A DNA stretch of 64,000 nt from Nitrospirota bacterium (lineage in GTDB: Bacteria > Nitrospirota > Nitrospiria > Nitrospirales > Nitrospiraceae): assembly GCA_963701855.1 (NCBI GenBank), contig CAVPBK010000006.1, positions 832,001 through 896,000 on the forward strand, given 5' to 3'. This document shows, one piece after another, positions 59,756-64,000 of the stretch. The notes under the pieces were generated by a model. It saw only the letters and a list, made by a program, of their open reading frames with translations, was not told the origin of the DNA and did no database searches. How positions within the stretch are numbered: position 1 is the stretch's first letter; each line of letters starts with the position of its first letter. A program made the position numbers and the translations under genes.

Positions 59756-60600
59756 AATGAAGGCACTCCATTGTGGCGACTGATCAGGTCCCAGGCTTCC
59801 TGAGCCGTCTCGGCATAGTGAAAGAGCCGCAGATCTTCCTGCCCGATCAGCCCATTCTCGACGAGCCATTGCCAGTTGATCAGGCGCTCCCAAAAGTCAC
59901 GCCCGACCAGCACGACCAGCACGTTTTCGGTCTTGCCCGTTTGGAGGAGTGTCAGCGTCTCGAATAGCTCATCGAGAGTTCCGAACCCTCCAGGAAAGGC
60001 GACGAGCGCCTTGGCGCGGATTAAAAAGTGCATTTTCCTGATGGCGAAATAGCGAAACTGAAAACTCAGCTCCGGTGTAATGTAGGGGTTGGGGTGCTGT
60101 TCGTGAGGGAGGGTGATATTGAGGCCGATGGATTTTGCATTCACATCCGCAGCCCCTCGGTTGGCGGCCTCCATGACACCGGGCCCTCCGCCAGTGACAA
60201 TGACGTAGTCGCAGCGGCCATCGACCTGGCAGGTCGACGACACCAGCCGGCCGAATTCACGCGCCACGTCATAATATTTTGAGAGGGCAAGTTGTCGTCG
60301 CGCGATCGCCGCCTTGTGCTGATGTGTTGGATCATTGGGAGACCGAGCCGCTTCCTCCTCCGCGAGGTAAAGCGCACACTTGGCGGCGGCTGGTTCTTGT
60401 AGCCGCGCACTCCCGAAGACGACGATGGTCGATTGGATCCCCTGTTCACGCTGAATCAACTCCGGCTTCAACAGTTCGATCCCGATGCGGAGGGGACGGA
60501 GTTCGTCCCGCTGGAGAAACTCTGTGTCGCGATCGGCAGGAATGTAGGAGGAGGACTCTGCGGCGGGGTTGATGGAATCTGGATCAGATGAAGGAATCAT
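59752..60600 (-). CDS. LOG-family nucleotide-binding protein
   Basis: VFGSAR, TGGGPGVMEAANRGA, PGGFGTLDE. Confidence 0.9.
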   Translation of the reverse strand: MIPSSDPDSINPAAESSSYIPADRDTEFLQRDELRPLRIGIELLKPELIQREQGIQSTIVVFGSARLQEPAAAKCALYLAEEEAARSPNDPTHQHKAAIARRQLALSKYYDVAREFGRLVSSTCQVDGRCDYVIVTGGGPGVMEAANRGAADVNAKSIGLNITLPHEQHPNPYITPELSFQFRYFAIRKMHFLIRAKALVAFPGGFGTLDELFETLTLLQTGKTENVLVVLVGRDFWERLINWQWLVENGLIGQEDLRLFHYAETAQEAWDLISRHNGVPSL

Positions 60601-60656
60601 GGGGGCGATTATAGCGGGCTTAGATATGTCCGGCAATTCAGGATGGGAGCATCGCC

Positions 60657-61097
60657 CTAGAAGGGCCAGAACCAAACGACTGGTTCATCCGTGGTTCGTC
60701 GGGAAAATCCGTAGGCTCGCACGGTCCACTGGGGATCGAACACCACCTGCAATTGCTCCGGTGTGATCCCGGTTTTAGTCAGGGTCATCGTCGGGACAAA
60801 GGGGCCGAAGAACAGACGGGGGATGGCACCGAAGTCCAGGGCCGCAGACTTGGTATCGCTCCAATTATAGAGCGCCACAAACCCGTAATCAGACTCTGCG
60901 ACATCATCAGGGGCTCCAATGTGATCGGCTAGCTCGGGTAGCGTCGTCTGCCCGACACGAATAAAATTGACCTGTTCCTTGGTCACGACGTCGTTGAAGA
61001 CCACTCGGCGGACGGTGCATCCGGTACAGAGGAGGAGACAGAGCGTGGCAGCGACCAACCTGATTGCGGGAAAACGTGCCTCCACGTCAGTCACCAA
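60657..61097 (-). CDS. Hypothetical lipoprotein (SmpA/OmlA-like)
   Basis: LCTGC lipobox, GQTT...IGAPD. Confidence 0.7.
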   Translation of the reverse strand: MVTDVEARFPAIRLVAATLCLLLCTGCTVRRVVFNDVVTKEQVNFIRVGQTTLPELADHIGAPDDVAESDYGFVALYNWSDTKSAALDFGAIPRLFFGPFVPTMTLTKTGITPEQLQVVFDPQWTVRAYGFSRRTTDEPVVWFWPF

Positions 61098-61485
61098 AGG
61101 GCCACAGTCGGAATTTTGTGTTACCGGTTCGTTTGCCGTAGACCACTTCTTCGGCTATCCCGTTCCTATTGAAAAACACGTAGAGATTATCGCTCTTGAT
61201 GTCCATGCGGATGAAGTTCAGCAACAGGAGTAACATTGCGGGCGATTTCCCGTCATAGTAATAATAGTGAAAGATCTCTCGATCGTTGCCTCTGACAATC
61301 CGATCCGGGGCACCGAGCGATGAGACGACTTCCGCCATGGTCGTCGTACCTTTCTTGATGGCCGAGATGGCTTCTTCTTGAAGCGGCTCGCCAATCGTTC
61401 CCCTAGTCACGATACAGCCTTGAGTTAGGACCAGGGCCAAGATGAGGACGATACCTGCCAGCGGCTTGAAAAATAACACAATCAC
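61087..61485 (-). CDS. BamE/SmpA-like lipoprotein
   Basis: TQGC lipobox, GTTTMAEVVSSLGAP, LYVFFN. Confidence 0.75.
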   Translation of the reverse strand: MIVLFFKPLAGIVLILALVLTQGCIVTRGTIGEPLQEEAISAIKKGTTTMAEVVSSLGAPDRIVRGNDREIFHYYYYDGKSPAMLLLLLNFIRMDIKSDNLYVFFNRNGIAEEVVYGKRTGNTKFRLWPFGD

Positions 61486-61493
61486 TCCTTTTT

Positions 61494-62015
61494 CTAAGCT
61501 TCGGTTGGACGATCAACTAAAGCCTTTTGGCGTGCCAGAACAAAATCTGTTTCAAATATGGCATAGGATGATGGAGTGAGTCCCACTTTACGATATACTG
61601 CTTGCGCAGCGCTGTTGCTCTCTTCAACATACAGACGGACCCCGCAGACGTTCGAGCTTGTCTTGGCGGCGGCCATCACGGTTTCATGCATCCGGCGAAA
61701 GACGCTCTGGCGACGCCAGGAGGGGTCAACATACACACTCTGAATCCACCAAAATGCGCCGTTGCGCCAATCGCTCCATTCATAGGTGATTAGCAGCTGC
61801 CCCAGCAGCTGGCGATCATCGGCCCGCTCCAATTCTGCGACCATGAAAAACCCACGATTGGGAGATTCAAGAAGGGCAATGGTTCCGAGGTACAGCCGGT
61901 CGAGATCGAGTCGACGGCCTTCTGTTTCAAGGGCCATGGCTGCACTGAACGACACGATTGTCGCCGCATCTTCTGGCCTGGCCTGTCGGATCTTCAAGTG
62001 GTCGAGGACTGACAT
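61494..62015 (-). CDS. GNAT acetyltransferase
   Basis: YEWSDWRNG, SVYVDPSWRRQ, N..AQAVYRKVG. Confidence 0.88.
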   Translation of the reverse strand: MSVLDHLKIRQARPEDAATIVSFSAAMALETEGRRLDLDRLYLGTIALLESPNRGFFMVAELERADDRQLLGQLLITYEWSDWRNGAFWWIQSVYVDPSWRRQSVFRRMHETVMAAAKTSSNVCGVRLYVEESNSAAQAVYRKVGLTPSSYAIFETDFVLARQKALVDRPTEA

Positions 62016-62020
62016 GGGTC

Positions 62021-62638
62021 TCAGACCATTGTCTTTGGGCTTTGTAGCCATCCGGTTTCCGGCTTAAATAAACCGGCGGTACACTCCATCTTGATGGCAT
62101 CTTCCGGTGGCAGATTGATCGGACGCAGCTGTGGCCGGGGGACAAACGCAAGGAAGCCGGTGAACGGATGGATGGCCGTGGGTACAAAGACCATGAGTAA
62201 ACTTGTTTCTGGTGCGACTTGCAGCGCCGGCGGTGCGGTGCCCATCACAAAACCGATCGCCCAGAGACCGTCTCGAGGAAACGGAAAGGCCACTACGGTG
62301 CTGCGCCCGAAACGAGAACGGAAATTAAGAAGATCGGTCATTCCTTTGATGATAATGTAGACACTGCGGACCAATGGGACGCGTTCAATCCACCGTTCTA
62401 CCTGAATGATGATGCGCCGCCCGACTACATGGGTAGCGATCGCGCCGACAATGACAACAAGGACCAGAAACAGAACGAGGCTGAGTCCGGGACTTTGTCG
62501 GGCTCCGATATTCCAAGGGAGGTCGTGGATCAATTCGTTGAGTGTGTGAAATAGTGTGGAAAGGATCAAGAATGTGACCCAGGCCGGCACGAGGACCAAC
62601 AATCCGGCCAAGGAGTATTTCCATAAAGCTTTTGACAT
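62021..62638 (-). CDS. DUF502 membrane protein
   Basis: GLLVLVP, RVPLVRSVY, VFVPT..P.TG. Confidence 0.82.
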   Translation of the reverse strand: MSKALWKYSLAGLLVLVPAWVTFLILSTLFHTLNELIHDLPWNIGARQSPGLSLVLFLVLVVIVGAIATHVVGRRIIIQVERWIERVPLVRSVYIIIKGMTDLLNFRSRFGRSTVVAFPFPRDGLWAIGFVMGTAPPALQVAPETSLLMVFVPTAIHPFTGFLAFVPRPQLRPINLPPEDAIKMECTAGLFKPETGWLQSPKTMV

Positions 62639-62796
62639 CGCTGCTTGTTTCCTTCGATACAATCAAGCAAGATTTGCAGTGTAGCAGAAACCATTACCAG
62701 AAATAGCGTCTACACCCGAGTCTTGATCTCATCAGTCTCGGTGATCTATTCTATCGAGCCTTATCGTATCGGTCGGGTTTACCATGGAGATGCGTT

Positions 62797-63087
62797 ATGA
62801 CGGAACGTACAGAAGCAAGGCGTCCGGTCAATATCGACAAGGATCTTCTCGACATTCTTTGTTGCCCCGAAACGAAACAAGATGTGAAGTTGGCCGATGC
62901 AGCGTTGATTGCTAAGTTGAATGAGGCTGTGAGCCGTGGGCAATTGAAAAATAAAGCGAATAAGCCGGTTGCAGAACCCCTCGATGGAGGGTTGATCAGA
63001 GACGATCGGAAGGTTCTGTATCCTATCCGTGAAGACATTCCTGTCATGCTCATCGAAGAAGGTATTCCCCTGGAAGGGATGATCTAG
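62797..63087 (+). CDS. Trm112/YcaR-family protein
   Basis: LLDILCCPETK...YPIREDIPVML. Confidence 0.88.
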   Translation: MTERTEARRPVNIDKDLLDILCCPETKQDVKLADAALIAKLNEAVSRGQLKNKANKPVAEPLDGGLIRDDRKVLYPIREDIPVMLIEEGIPLEGMI

Positions 63088-63226
63088 CAGGGCTGGTTGA
63101 CAGCCGATTTCTTCGGCAAATTTCTAGTTGGCACGATTCATCCGAGCGTTCATGTTTCATACATGATGAGGGGGAAAGACCTGTCTCACCTCGATTGTCG
63201 TTAAGACACAACAGAGGCGCAGGCGC

Positions 63227-63490
63227 TTATATGCTGTCGGTCTTGGAGCCGGTCGACGTCCCACAGTACTGGCAGAGATATTCGTACAGATTCCCACTAG
63301 GAAGCACGAGCAAGAGTCGCTCTCTTGTTGGGGTTGCCACTCGGCAGGAAGGACAATAGAGCAACGAGGCATTCAATGATCTGAATTGGTCCGGTTGTTT
63401 AGAGGCATCCGGTCCTGGCTGTCGAGCCGTCCTGGGGGATAGACTAGTCGGCAAAGTTTGGTTCGTCAGTCTACGTGGGCGGCCTGACAT
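63227..63490 (-). CDS. Small Zn-ribbon hypothetical protein
   Basis: YCPSC...RLLLVLP...YLCQYCG; start uncertain. Confidence 0.65.
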   Translation of the reverse strand: MSGRPRRLTNQTLPTSLSPRTARQPGPDASKQPDQFRSLNASLLYCPSCRVATPTRERLLLVLPSGNLYEYLCQYCGTSTGSKTDSI

Positions 63491-64000
63491 GAAATAATTC
63501 CACATGTAGATGTAGATTGAGACGGAGAGGTTAATACCGAGAGTCAGGCCTCCGCCTGCTCGCCTGTTCACGATAAGGCATTTGGTCCATCCTTCGACAG
63601 AAACTTGGGGGTGTGCCGGAGTAGTTTTCAAACCCCTCGCCTTGTTTGCACCAGCGCATAGACGGCTAGTCCGCGCAACAAACCATAGAAACCTGTCGTA
63701 CTCCTGGCCAAAGGTTAGGTTCATGCATGACCACACCAAGGCACAGTGCGAAAATGGTCCTCTCTTGCATCATCTTAATGATCGCCGATGCGTCATAAGA
63801 GGCGGCAAGTGAAACTTGGACGAGAAGCCTGTTGGAGACGGGAATGTCACGTTGTCGGTGTCTTGGCTGACTCAATGTCTGTTGCTGTGATCAGACTCGA
63901 TAAATAATCAGCTACAAAATTGAGAGCCTCCTCTCGTCCGTCCGCGCGACGTCCTTTTTCTCGCCGCTGCACCGATAATTCGTGGTCAAGATCGGATTTA

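Overview
Bacterial chromosomal window. Gene content and the CAGGATGCTGAAA-ended repeats suggest Nitrospira (inference, not verified). Core regions are 1-11.2 kb and 33.2-64 kb. They hold an OmpA/MotB protein, a PriA with degenerate helicase motifs, a polyamine cluster (DHS-like, DsbA, ALDH, pdaD, speB), tRNA-Glu, glnS, two tRNA-Gln, gltX, a full isc operon, arfB, fabI, mug, gcvT and other housekeeping genes. A ~22 kb accessory block (11.6-33.2 kb) ends at tRNA-Glu(CTC). Its left part is an old, decaying island: a degenerate IS3, orphan response regulators, MarR, a 2636-aa RTX/FG-GAP protein, an M23 peptidase and recombinase/phage remnants. Its right part is the main finding: a ~5.5 kb element bounded by a 30-bp duplication of the tRNA-Glu 3' end. 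It encodes a XerC-like (non-IntI) integrase, an excisionase-like HTH and toxin-antitoxin relics. It also carries three integron gene cassettes with clear attC sites and an attI-like site, but no integron integrase. Other notable items are a MITE-like repeat family that sits on TAG stop codons, an IscU with Asn at the conserved Asp39, and a sigma54/IHF-type promoter upstream of a tiny secreted Lys/Glu-repeat peptide. No CRISPR array or rRNA was seen. All product calls come from reading motifs by eye; no searches were run.
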